NCBI GenBank assembly: GCA_036389155.1
Contig: DASVQN010000043.1
Span: 49,209 to 113,208 of the forward strand
Reading direction: 5' to 3'
Length of the DNA stretch: 64,000 nt
Source of the DNA: Solirubrobacteraceae bacterium
GTDB lineage: Bacteria > Actinomycetota > Thermoleophilia > Solirubrobacterales > Solirubrobacteraceae
The notes below the pieces were generated by a model. That model did not search any database and was not told the origin of the DNA. It worked only from the letters and a program-made list of their open reading frames with translations. How positions within the stretch are numbered: position 1 is the stretch's first letter; each line of letters starts with the position of its first letter. The position numbers were made by a program, and so were the translations under genes. This document shows, one piece after another, positions 34,748 through 43,590 of this stretch.

Positions 34748-36901
34748 CTAGTCCGTGACCGCCGCCGCGTACGAGTAGACCTTGTAGAGCACGAAGCCCT
34801 GGGCGTAGCCCTGCGAGCAGGTCGTGTTGAACAGGTCGTTGGCCTGCGGGTCGGTGAGGACGTCGCCGTAGCCGACGATCTTCTCGCCGTCGACGACCAC
34901 GCCGCCGACGAACTCCTTGACCTTCTGCACGATCCAGGCGCGGCCCGCGTCGCCGGCCGTGTTCCAGTTCGCGCAGTTGACACCGCTGAAGTCGCTGCGC
35001 GGGTCGATCCAGCCGGTCGCGCTGCGCGCGACGGCCCGCGGCAGCGGGACCAGCGACGGGTTCGAGTTCGCGGTCGACTTGCCGCCGCCGCCCTTCGGCT
35101 GCGGCTCGAGCGGCGTCTTGAACCACGGGCACGGGCTGTTCTCGTCGAACGTCCGCGACTCGAACGCCGCGACGCAGCTCAGCAGCTCGCCGGTCTGCGC
35201 CGGGTTGCCCTGGCCGACGCTCTTCTCGGGATGCGTCCCGTTGTCGCAGTTGGGCAGCGGGCCGCCCGACTCGGTGATCTTCTCGCCCTTGGCCGGGACG
35301 TTGTCCCACCAGCAGTTGCCGATCGTCCCCGGGTACGGGTCCCACCAGAAGTCGGTCCCGTTGGGGTCGGCCGTCCCATCGGGGCGGACGCCCATCTTGT
35401 TGTCGTAGTGGCTGTTGTAGAAGGACGTCGTCTGCCCGTCGGGGTCGCAGCCGGCCTGCTGGTTGCCGCCGTTGCCCTCGCCGCAGACGAGCTGGTCGGG
35501 CACGCTGAAGAGCATCGTGCCGCGGCGCCAGTTGTCGTAGAAGTAGTTGTTGCGGATCTGGTGCTTGTTGCCGCCCGCGATCCACAGGCCGGTCCCGACG
35601 GGGAACGGGAACGCCGGCTTGACGCTCGACTCCTCCTTGTAGGGGTTGAAGTTGTTCGAGTAGAACCGGTTCTTCTCGACGACCATCGAGTCGCCGGGGT
35701 AGCCCGGGTGGCCGGCGCCGGTGACGACGTCGGTCTGCAGGCCGAGCGCGTTGTCGTAGATGTTGTTGTCGTGGACCCACACGGCGTTGCCGTTGGTCCC
35801 CGAGTAGCCGGCCATGTTGTGGTGCAGGTCGCAGAAGCGGATCTGCTGGTTCAGGCGCGCCTCGGTGCCCGCGGGGCGCTGCTGGCCGGTCTCGACCGCC
35901 GCGCCCGGGTACACGCCCGAGTCACCGTGGCCGACCGCGTCGCAGTGCTCCTGCACGCCGTGGTCCTCGACGAACGTCAGCGTCCCGTACAGGCCGTTGT
36001 AGTACGCCTTGAAGTGCGTCAGCAGGTAGCCGTCGGACTCGAGCACGTAGATGCCGTGCTCCTTGGCGTGGCGGACCTTGATGTTCTTCAGGACGAACCC
36101 GTCCGCGCGGTCGGCGCGGACGGCGACGTCCTTCGCGGTGCCGACGCCGTTCGGGCCGCCGTCGCCCTTCGCGGCGTCGCCGGCGTCGATCGCGACGTCG
36201 TCGGCGTTGACGCCCGACCCCTCGATCTGGAAGTTGCAGCGCAGGCACTTGCCGAGGTCCGGGATGCCGTGGCGGTTCTCGCGCGGCGGCATCGGCGGCG
36301 GCTCGGCGCCTGGCTCGCGGCCGATGACGGCGACGAGGTTCTGGTCGTTCGGGCAGTTGAACTGGTACGCGTACGACAGCGCCGTGCCGCTCTGGCCGGG
36401 GCGGTCGCCGTTGGTGCGGTACTGGTCGCACTTCGGGTCCTGCGTCGGCTGCGCGCGCGAGGTCGGCTCGGTGTAGACGCCGGGCATCACGACGACGCGG
36501 TCGTTGTTGCCGGACGCGGTCACCGCGGGCTGGATCTCGCTGTACTTGCAGCGCTTCTTGAGCTTCTTGTTGATCCGCAGCAGCTTGCGCGCGGCCTTCC
36601 TCGACATGACCCGGTGGTCGGAGGGCCGGATGTCGTAGCCGTTCTTCTTCGCGCTGCCGACCGACTTGCGCAGCAGCGCCATCGACTCAGGCTGGCAGAC
36701 GACGCGCGTCTTCCCCGGGGGCTTGGCCTTCAGCGCGGACGCGAGCGAGCGCGCCTTGGGCACCTTGCCGCCCGTCGCCGGCTTGACCGACGTGTCCGGC
36801 GCGGGGTCGGGCCAGTACGAAGGACGCTCGACGTGGGCGGAGGCGGTGGCGGCGAACGCCAGGGTGGCGGCGAGCAGCGCGGCGGGAAGCAGGCGGGACA
36901 T
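34748..36901 (-). CDS. secreted right-handed parallel beta-helix repeat protein
   Basis: An ATG at 36901 gives the signal peptide MSRLLPAALLAATLAFAATASA. Beta-helix-like repeats include NIKVRHAKEHGIYV, FCDLHHNMAGYSGTNGNAVWVHDNNIYDN, VEKNRFYSNNFN and IRNNYFYDNWR. It contains many Cys, Asn and Tyr. Confidence 0.8.
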   Translation of the reverse strand: MSRLLPAALLAATLAFAATASAHVERPSYWPDPAPDTSVKPATGGKVPKARSLASALKAKPPGKTRVVCQPESMALLRKSVGSAKKNGYDIRPSDHRVMSRKAARKLLRINKKLKKRCKYSEIQPAVTASGNNDRVVVMPGVYTEPTSRAQPTQDPKCDQYRTNGDRPGQSGTALSYAYQFNCPNDQNLVAVIGREPGAEPPPMPPRENRHGIPDLGKCLRCNFQIEGSGVNADDVAIDAGDAAKGDGGPNGVGTAKDVAVRADRADGFVLKNIKVRHAKEHGIYVLESDGYLLTHFKAYYNGLYGTLTFVEDHGVQEHCDAVGHGDSGVYPGAAVETGQQRPAGTEARLNQQIRFCDLHHNMAGYSGTNGNAVWVHDNNIYDNALGLQTDVVTGAGHPGYPGDSMVVEKNRFYSNNFNPYKEESSVKPAFPFPVGTGLWIAGGNKHQIRNNYFYDNWRRGTMLFSVPDQLVCGEGNGGNQQAGCDPDGQTTSFYNSHYDNKMGVRPDGTADPNGTDFWWDPYPGTIGNCWWDNVPAKGEKITESGGPLPNCDNGTHPEKSVGQGNPAQTGELLSCVAAFESRTFDENSPCPWFKTPLEPQPKGGGGKSTANSNPSLVPLPRAVARSATGWIDPRSDFSGVNCANWNTAGDAGRAWIVQKVKEFVGGVVVDGEKIVGYGDVLTDPQANDLFNTTCSQGYAQGFVLYKVYSYAAAVTD

Positions 36902-36994
36902 GGGGCGGAGTCTATGGGCAGCGTGCAACCACGCAGTCCATGCAGTCCCGAGTCCTCGCCTCAGTCAGGGAGTGAGCGGGCCTGTGCTCGCGAG

Positions 36995-38293
36995 CTAGCG
37001 CCGCGTCGCGCAGAGGCGGTAGCGGCGCGACGAGGTGACGCGGCGGCCGCGCCGCGTGACGCCGCGGATGCGCACGCGGACCGTGCCGGCCGGGCGGCCG
37101 CGCAGGTCGACGATCGCGGTCAGGCGCCCGCCGCGGCGGCGCACCTTCACGCGCCGGGCGCCGATCGTCACGCGCGCGCGGCGCAGGCGGCGCGCGAGGT
37201 GGATCGTGAAGCGGCGCCGGCTCGCGCACCGGCGCGACGTGCCCGGCGCGCCGGAGGTCCCGCCGGCGCCGGCGCCCGGAGCTCCGCTCCCCGGCGCCCC
37301 CGCGCCCCCGTCCGCCCACGTCCCCGCCGCGTAGCACTTCAGCGGCGGCTCGGCGCCGACCTGCTCGGCCTGACGCGACCCCTCGCCGACCGCGGCGAGG
37401 TACCGGCCCCAGTTGGCCGGGAACGCCGCCGGATCGACGCCGGGCATGAACGGCTGGGCGCAGATCGCCGCAGGGTCGAGCCGCGCCGGGTCCGCCGGTC
37501 CGTCGTGGGTCAGCGCGTCGAGCGCGAGCGCCCACCCGACCGGGTCGTAGCTGCCGAGGACCAGGTGGTCGGCGGTGTCGTTCGGGCAGACGTCCTGGAT
37601 GCGCGTGTTGCTGATCCGCCCGTCGCCGGTGCGCAGCGCGGAGGAGCCGGTCTGCGCGTCGGCGTTCGGCGTCACGACCTCGTCGTCGCGCGTGAACGCG
37701 ACGGTGTAGTCGATCCCCGCGAACGTCTCCGGGCCGCTGTTGAGCGCCTTGATGAACTGCGCGGTGTCGGTCTGCTGCCAGTACGCGGCCGGGCACTGGG
37801 CCGCGCAGGCCGGGCGCGCGGTGAGCGTCCCGTGGTTCGACGGCGCGAGGCCGACGAGGTCCTCGACGAGCGCGCGCGTGTCGGGCCACCAGCGCAGCGC
37901 CCAGCGGCCGATCATCCCGCCCTGCGAGAAGCCGACGATCGAGACGCGCCGCTCGCTCTCGGCGCCCATGCGCCGCAGCGCCGCGACGACGTACTCGGCC
38001 GAGTCCTGGATGTCCCCCATCGCGTAGCGCGGCAGCTCGACGGCGCACCACGGGATCTTCGCGGCGGTCAGCGCGGGCTCGTAGTTCCAGTCGTAGTTCG
38101 CGCGCGGCTCGAGGTTCGTCCCCGGGACGAGGAGGACAGGCGCGCGGCTCGCCCCGGCCAGGCTCGCCGGGCACTGCAGCGCGGCGTCGAGCTGCTGCTG
38201 CGGGATCGAGAGAGCCGGCCCGCCCTGCGCCTGCGCCGCGGCGGGGGCCAGGGCGACGAGGATCGCGGTGCAGGCGAGCAGCAGCCGGGGCAT
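36995..38293 (-). CDS. secreted lipase/esterase (CalB-like alpha/beta hydrolase) with Arg-rich C-terminal domain
   Basis: Signal peptide MPRLLLACTAILVALAPAAAQAQ. PVLLVPGT, and nucleophile elbow GFSQGG. The C-terminal 77 aa read C-ASRRRFTIH...VDLRGRPAG...YRLC. Confidence 0.8.
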   Translation of the reverse strand: MPRLLLACTAILVALAPAAAQAQGGPALSIPQQQLDAALQCPASLAGASRAPVLLVPGTNLEPRANYDWNYEPALTAAKIPWCAVELPRYAMGDIQDSAEYVVAALRRMGAESERRVSIVGFSQGGMIGRWALRWWPDTRALVEDLVGLAPSNHGTLTARPACAAQCPAAYWQQTDTAQFIKALNSGPETFAGIDYTVAFTRDDEVVTPNADAQTGSSALRTGDGRISNTRIQDVCPNDTADHLVLGSYDPVGWALALDALTHDGPADPARLDPAAICAQPFMPGVDPAAFPANWGRYLAAVGEGSRQAEQVGAEPPLKCYAAGTWADGGAGAPGSGAPGAGAGGTSGAPGTSRRCASRRRFTIHLARRLRRARVTIGARRVKVRRRGGRLTAIVDLRGRPAGTVRVRIRGVTRRGRRVTSSRRYRLCATRR

Positions 38294-38311
38294 CGGCCGA
38301 AATGTAGGCGG

Positions 38312-38932
38312 TCAGCTCGCGTCGTCGTCGCGGTCGCGATCGCGATCGCGGCGCAGCGAGCGCCACAGCACGAAGAGGACGCCGCCGAGCAGGACCGCGC
38401 CGCCGCCGGCGACGCCCACGACCTTGAACGCGTGCTCGGCCTTCGGGCCGATGTAGAACGCGAGCAGCCCGACCGACGACGCCCAGGCGACGCCGCCGAG
38501 CGCGTTCCAGAAGAGGAAGCTCGTCCACCGCATCCGCGTGATCCCGGCCAGCCACGCGGACGCGATCCGCAGGCCGGCGGTCCACCGGCCGAGGAAGACG
38601 GCCTTCGGCCCGTGCTTCTCGAAGAACGGCTCGCCCTTGGCGATGATCGTGCGGCGGTGATGCTCGAGGAAGCCGGGGCGCTCGAGCAGCCGGCGCCCGC
38701 CCGTCCGCCCGATCCCGTAGCCGACGTTGTCGCCGATGATCGCCGCGGCCGCCGCGACGACGATGACGTGCGCGATCTCGAAGCGCCCGTCCGCGGCCAG
38801 GACGCCCGCGGCGATGAGCGCCGTCTCGCCCGGGAGCGGGACGCCGGCCGACTCGGCCGCGATCAGCGCGAAGAGGACGAGGAGCCCGAGGCGCGCCGGC
38901 AGCTCGAACGCCGCGGTCTGGACCAGCTCCAT
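38312..38932 (-). CDS. DedA family membrane protein
   Basis: An ATG at 38932 gives MELVQTAAF...AAESAGVPLPGETALIAAGVLA...IIGDNVGYGIGR. It shares one nucleotide with the P450 stop (TGATG). Confidence 0.85.
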   Translation of the reverse strand: MELVQTAAFELPARLGLLVLFALIAAESAGVPLPGETALIAAGVLAADGRFEIAHVIVVAAAAAIIGDNVGYGIGRTGGRRLLERPGFLEHHRRTIIAKGEPFFEKHGPKAVFLGRWTAGLRIASAWLAGITRMRWTSFLFWNALGGVAWASSVGLLAFYIGPKAEHAFKVVGVAGGGAVLLGGVLFVLWRSLRRDRDRDRDDDAS

Positions 38933-40224
38933 CAGGCGCGCGCGGCGGCGAGCACGCGGGTGCCGGCGCGCGGCGAGAACGTCACGTTGCGCCGCGCGAC
39001 GCGCTCGGGACGCGACGTCGTCGCGCGCAGCGTCCGCGTGCGCAGGATCTCGGTCAGCGCAACCCGCATCTCCATCTCGGCGAACGCCGCGCCGATGCAC
39101 CGTCGCACGCCGCCGCCGAACGGGATCCACGCGTACGTGGACGGCGAGCCGTCGAGGAACCGCTCGGGCCGGAACGCGTACGGCTCGGGGTAGGCGTCCT
39201 CGCGCGTGTGCGCGAGCCAGATCGCCGGCGTGACGTCGGTCCCCTCGGGCAGGACGTGCCCGTTCACGCGCAGCTCGGACGCCAGCCGGCGACCGGCGAT
39301 CGGCACGACGGGGCGCAGGCGCAGAGCCTCGGACACCACCGCGCGCACGTACGCGTCGTCGCCCTCGTCGACCGCGCGCACGAGCCGCGCGAGCACGTCC
39401 GGATGGCGCACCAGCAGGTCGAACGTCCACGCGAGGCCGGTCGCCGTCGTCTCGTGGCCGGCGAGCAGCAGCGTCATGAGCTGGTCGCGGATCTCCTGGT
39501 CGTCCATCGGCTCGCCGTCCTCGAAGCGCGCGGTGACGAGCAGCGACAGGATGTCCTCGCGCGGGTCTGCGCGGCGCTCGGCGATCTCCCGCAGCAGGAG
39601 CGCGTCGATGTCCTGCGTCATGCGCTCCAGGCGCTCGAGCGGGTCGGGCCCGCCCAGCCGCCGCGCGAGCAGCACGCCGATCTGCAGGCCGAACGACGAC
39701 GTGGACGCCAGGAGCCCCCCGAGCCGCTCGCTCAGCGCGGCGGCGCGCGACTCGTCGGTCACCCCGAAGACCGCGCGCAGGATCACGTCGAGCGTCACGC
39801 GCTGCATCCGCGGATGCAGCGCGAACGGCTCGCCCTCCGGCCACTGCGCGACGTCGCGCCGGACGGCGTCGCGCACGATCGCCTCGTACGAGCGCATCCG
39901 CTCGCCGTGGAACGGCGGCAGCATGAGCCGGCGCCGGGCCAGGTGCTCGCGGCCCTCGAGCAGCAGCAGCGAGCGCGCGCCCATGATCGGCCGCAGCGCG
40001 AACGTGCGGCCCGGCGGCAGGCGGTGCTCGGCGTTCGTGTAGAGCGCCCGGATCGAGTCGGGGTCGGACAGCATCACCATCGGCGTCTGGAACCCGAGGA
40101 GCTGGATGCTGAAGGCGTCGCCGAAGCGCCGGCGGCACGACTCCATGAACGCGATCGGCCGCACCAGCCAGCGCAGCGTCTGCACGGAGGGCGGCTCGGA
40201 GGGGCCGGGCGGAAGCGGGCTCAT
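38932..40224 (-). CDS. cytochrome P450
   Basis: Heme loop FGGGVRRCIGAAFA, I-helix LLAGHETTA and ExxR motif EALRLRP. The ATG at 40224 is preceded by GGAGG. Confidence 0.9.
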   Translation of the reverse strand: MSPLPPGPSEPPSVQTLRWLVRPIAFMESCRRRFGDAFSIQLLGFQTPMVMLSDPDSIRALYTNAEHRLPPGRTFALRPIMGARSLLLLEGREHLARRRLMLPPFHGERMRSYEAIVRDAVRRDVAQWPEGEPFALHPRMQRVTLDVILRAVFGVTDESRAAALSERLGGLLASTSSFGLQIGVLLARRLGGPDPLERLERMTQDIDALLLREIAERRADPREDILSLLVTARFEDGEPMDDQEIRDQLMTLLLAGHETTATGLAWTFDLLVRHPDVLARLVRAVDEGDDAYVRAVVSEALRLRPVVPIAGRRLASELRVNGHVLPEGTDVTPAIWLAHTREDAYPEPYAFRPERFLDGSPSTYAWIPFGGGVRRCIGAAFAEMEMRVALTEILRTRTLRATTSRPERVARRNVTFSPRAGTRVLAAARA

Positions 40225-40394
40225 CGGCCTCCGATCGTACGTGCCCTCGTACTCGGCACGGTCCGGGAGTAGGATCGGACACGGCGCAGCCGCGGCGGAA
40301 TCCGACGGGGTGCGTCGCGGCAACGGTCTCAAAGGCGCTTCGCACACGCGGCGGAGCGACCTCGGGCTCCTGATCCAGCCAGGCGAGGCGAGCG

Positions 40395-41120
40395 ATGCTC
40401 GAAGCCACCGCGGGTGTGACGAGGCGCCCGGCCGACCGACCGCACGTGTCCCTGCTCGACGTCATGCCCGCGCTGTCGCGGGCGATCGGACCCGACGATC
40501 ACGACGCCGCGCGCCAGGCGATGGTGGCGCCGGTGCTGACGTACGAGGCCGGCGGCGTCCCGGTGACCGAGATCGCCCGGGCGGTCGGGCATCCCGCGGC
40601 GCTGCTGCTCGTCGACGGGCTCGTCCTGCGCAGGACCCGCCTGAGCGAGCGCGCGGCGTCGGAGATCCTGGGGCGCGGCGACGTCCTCGCCGTGGCCGGA
40701 TCGGAGGACAGCTCGTCGCTCGGGGCCTCCATCGAGCACAGCGTCTACCGGCGCGCGACGATCGCCGTGCTCTCCGATCGCTTCTGGCACGCGGCGCGCC
40801 GCTGGCCGCCGCTGCACGACATGATCCACGCGCAGCTGGCCAGCCAGATCGGCCGCGCGTCGCGCAACCTCGCCATCCTCCATCTGTCGCGGGTCGACGA
40901 GCGGCTGAAGGCGGTCTTCGTCGACCTCGCCGACCGCTGGGGCCGCGTCACCGTCGACGGCGTCGTGCTCGACCTCGAGCTCACGCACGACCTGCTGGGG
41001 CAGCTCGCGGGGGCGCGCCGTCCGACCGTCAGCCTTGCGCTCGCCGAGCTGGCCACCGCGGGCGACGTCGTGCGGCGCGACGACGGATCGTGGGTCCTCT
41101 CGTCGGACCTTTACGACTAG
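40395..41120 (+). CDS. Crp/Fnr-like transcriptional regulator (paralogue of 21799..22611)
   Basis: wHTH LELTHDLLGQLAGARRPTVSLALAELATAGDV. The motifs FVDLADRWGRVT and LLD..P are shared with the paralogue. Confidence 0.75.
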   Translation: MLEATAGVTRRPADRPHVSLLDVMPALSRAIGPDDHDAARQAMVAPVLTYEAGGVPVTEIARAVGHPAALLLVDGLVLRRTRLSERAASEILGRGDVLAVAGSEDSSSLGASIEHSVYRRATIAVLSDRFWHAARRWPPLHDMIHAQLASQIGRASRNLAILHLSRVDERLKAVFVDLADRWGRVTVDGVVLDLELTHDLLGQLAGARRPTVSLALAELATAGDVVRRDDGSWVLSSDLYD

Positions 41121-41249
41121 ACGCATCGCGCAGCGCGCAGTACCTTGAAGGTGGACGCGGCGTCGGAACGGCGCCTCCTCCGAGCACCTACCGAGACAGT
41201 CCGGCAGCACGCTCCCAGGCAGTAGGCGACCGGACGGCGAGGACCGACT

Positions 41250-41702
41250 ATGACGGCTGACGCGCAGGGCTCCACGGCACGGACGGCGCATCCGTTCAGC
41301 CGGACGTGGCCGGCCGTGAAGGACAGCGTGCCGGACGCACGCCACGCGGTCGTCCGCTACCTGAACGCCGCCACGACGGCCGACCCCCCGCTCGGCGACA
41401 TCGCCGTCGTCGTGTCCGAGGCGGTGACGAACGTCGTGATGCACGCCTACCGCGAGGAGGAGGGCGGCGACGTGCGGGTCGGCGTCGCCTTCTCGCCGGA
41501 GGAGATCGAGCTCACGGTGGAGGACGACGGCGACGGGATGGTCCCGCGCCCCGACTCCCCCGGGGCGGGGCTGGGGCTCCCGCTCATCGCGCTGCTCAGC
41601 GAGCGGTTCGACGCGTCCTCGATGGCGGGCGGCGGCACCCGCGTGCGGGCGTGGTTCCGGCGCGAGCTGCCGTTGCAGACGCACCCCGCGACCGGCGCGT
41701 AG
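41250..41702 (+). CDS. RsbW/SpoIIAB-like HATPase_c serine kinase (anti-sigma regulatory factor type), copy 1
   Basis: N-box SEAVTNVVMHAY, G1 DDGDGM and G2 GAGLGLPLI. 150 aa, with a GAGGA Shine-Dalgarno sequence. Confidence 0.75.
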   Translation: MTADAQGSTARTAHPFSRTWPAVKDSVPDARHAVVRYLNAATTADPPLGDIAVVVSEAVTNVVMHAYREEEGGDVRVGVAFSPEEIELTVEDDGDGMVPRPDSPGAGLGLPLIALLSERFDASSMAGGGTRVRAWFRRELPLQTHPATGA

Positions 41703-41923
41703 GCCGCGCGCTCGGCTACAGTGGCGCGTAGGTCGCACTGACGCGACGCGCCCCTGGCTCGGGCACGCGCCCCCCCTCGCACCCGCGGGCGGCGGCGAGC
41801 GCACGGGCCGCCCGAGCGCGACGAATCGGCCGGCCCGCGTCATGCTGGTGCAGGAGCTCGTCCCACCGACAGGTGCAGGCGAAGCGACGGCGGCAGGTCC
41901 AATCCTCCCCTTCGCGCGCCCGA

Positions 41924-42334
41924 ATGACCAGCCACATCGAGCCCCATACAGCGGACGAGCCGCAGAGCGTCCTCGCCGCCATCTCCAACGAGATGGTGGC
42001 GCTGTTCAAGACCCAGTTCGGGCGCGGCCCGACGCGGGCGCGGACGCACTGGGCCGGCGACAACACGCTCGTCGTGGTGCTCGAGCAGACCTTCACGCCG
42101 GCCGAGCGCAACCTCGCCGAGATGGGCCAGCACGAGCGCCTGCGCGAGACGCGCCTGTACTTCCAGTACGCGACCGTCAAGGAGTTCTGCGAGCCGGTCG
42201 AGCGGCTGACCGGCCGCAAGGTCCGCGCCTTCATCAGCGGGACCGACACGCAGGTCGACGGGCTGTCGACCGAGCTCTTCGTCCTCCACCCGATGGGGTA
42301 CGACGGGCCGTCGCGAGCCGAGCTCGTCGACTAG
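41924..42334 (+). CDS. DUF2294 (MpsC-like) protein, paralogue 2
   Basis: LAAISNEMVALFKTQFGRGPTRARTHWAGDNTLVVVLEQTFTPAERNLAEMGQHERLRETRLYFQY...VERLTGRKVRAF. The ATG at 41924 was chosen by alignment with the other paralogues. Confidence 0.75.
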   Translation: MTSHIEPHTADEPQSVLAAISNEMVALFKTQFGRGPTRARTHWAGDNTLVVVLEQTFTPAERNLAEMGQHERLRETRLYFQYATVKEFCEPVERLTGRKVRAFISGTDTQVDGLSTELFVLHPMGYDGPSRAELVD

Positions 42335-42464
42335 CGCCGCCGCGCTACCCTCCGCCGGAAGAGCGGTACCGCGTCGTGACCCGGCGCCGGCGCTGCGGAC
42401 GAGGCAACACGAAGCCGGAGGCAGGGTGCCGCGAGCGCCGGGCCGAGGGAAGCGGGAGGTTCAG

Positions 42465-42968
42465 ATGCACGCGGACGATGCGGGCGTGACGACGGCGCGC
42501 CTCACCCACCAGGCGACCGAGCCGGCGGTGGCGCTGGCGCGCCACTGGGTGACCGGATTCGCCGGGCGTCAGGGCATGACGACGCCGGCGCGCTCCGACA
42601 TGGCCGTGGCGGTGTCCGAGGCCGTGACGAACACGGTCCGGCACGCGTACGGCGACGACGCCCGGGGCGACGTCGTCGTCGACGCGGCGAGCGACGGCGA
42701 GTGGCTGACCGTGCGCGTCGCCGACGACGGCCGCGGCGGCACCGAGGACGCCGGCTCCGGGGCGGGCGTGCGGCTCATGCGCGAGCTCGCCGACCGCCTC
42801 GAGCTGTCGAGCGGCCACGGCGGCGTCGGGACCGTCGTGCTGATGGAGTTCCCGATCCCCCGCTCCGTGCCGGGCCCGCCCCGGACGCGCGGCGCGCACG
42901 CCCGGCGGCCCACGGGCCCGCGCCGGTCCGGTACCTTGTCCGGGTCACCCCGGCGCGCCGCCGGCTAG
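42465..42968 (+). CDS. RsbW/SpoIIAB-like HATPase_c serine kinase, copy 2
   Basis: GGGAGG Shine-Dalgarno sequence before the ATG at 42465. N-box SEAVTNTVRHAY, G1 DDGRGG and G2-like GAGVRLM. The C-terminal tail is Pro/Arg-rich. Confidence 0.7.
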   Translation: MHADDAGVTTARLTHQATEPAVALARHWVTGFAGRQGMTTPARSDMAVAVSEAVTNTVRHAYGDDARGDVVVDAASDGEWLTVRVADDGRGGTEDAGSGAGVRLMRELADRLELSSGHGGVGTVVLMEFPIPRSVPGPPRTRGAHARRPTGPRRSGTLSGSPRRAAG

Positions 42969-43201
42969 GTCTTCAGAGCAGCTTCTTTCTTCTTCTCGAC
43001 GCAAGCGCCGACCAGGGGCGAGCGGACGCGGTTGAGACGTGAGGCGGCGAGGCCGGGATGACACCGTGCCGCGACGGGAAGATTCCGCTCGCGGCCCCGG
43101 CGAGCCCGGTACCCTGCAAGAACCACTGACCGCTCGCCTGGATCTGCATTCCTCTCCCTTCCGCGCGGCTCACTCTCACAGAGGGATGTAACGGAGCAGG
43201 G

Positions 43202-43588
43202 ATGTCGAGCACCGAGATCGCACGTGCGGGACCGCCGGGAGAGGCTCAGCCGGTGCTGGCCCAGATCTCCAACGAGATGGTTCGCCTCTACAAGGAGCAG
43301 TTCGGCCGCGGCCCGACCCGCGCGCGCTCCAACTGGGCGGGCGCGGACGCGCTCGTCTGCACGCTCGAGGACAGCATGACCCCCGCGGAGCACAGCCTCG
43401 TGCGGATGGGCGAGCAGCAGCGGCTGCGCGACACGCGGATGTTCTTCCAGTACGCCACCGAGACCGCCTTCCGGGAGGCCGTCGAGCGCGTGACCGGGCG
43501 CAAGGTGCGCGCCTTCGTCAGCGGCATCGACTGCGACCAGGACGTCTCGTGCGAGCTCTTCTACTTCGAGCCGGTCGCGCTCGCCTGA
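43202..43588 (+). CDS. DUF2294 (MpsC-like) protein, paralogue 3
   Basis: LAQISNEMVRLYKEQFGRGPTRARSNWAGADALVCTLEDSMTPAEHSLVRMGEQQRLRDTRMFFQY...VERVTGRKVRAF. Confidence 0.75.
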   Translation: MSSTEIARAGPPGEAQPVLAQISNEMVRLYKEQFGRGPTRARSNWAGADALVCTLEDSMTPAEHSLVRMGEQQRLRDTRMFFQYATETAFREAVERVTGRKVRAFVSGIDCDQDVSCELFYFEPVALA

Positions 43589-43590
43589 CG

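Noticed and set aside
34490-39193. A 1567-aa plus-strand ORF.
   Set aside because: It is antisense to four convincing minus-strand genes (beta-helix, lipase, DedA, P450) and has low-complexity Arg/Val/Ala/Asp composition.
40231-40278. Nested inverted repeats (CCGATC...GATCGG, GTGCC-N9-GGCAC) between the P450 and the Crp-like gene as a Crp operator.
   Set aside because: The arms are short (5-6 bp) in GC-rich DNA, so chance occurrence is plausible. There is no resemblance to TGTGA-N6-TCACA-type sites.
42969-43201. The relatively AT-rich 233-nt gap, including the 79-aa minus ORF 42973..43212, as a hidden gene or sRNA.
   Set aside because: The ORF translation is not protein-like. I see only a weak hairpin (GCTCGC-ggccccg-GCGAGC) and no recognisable RNA family. 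It is most simply the promoter and 5' UTR of the third DUF2294 gene.
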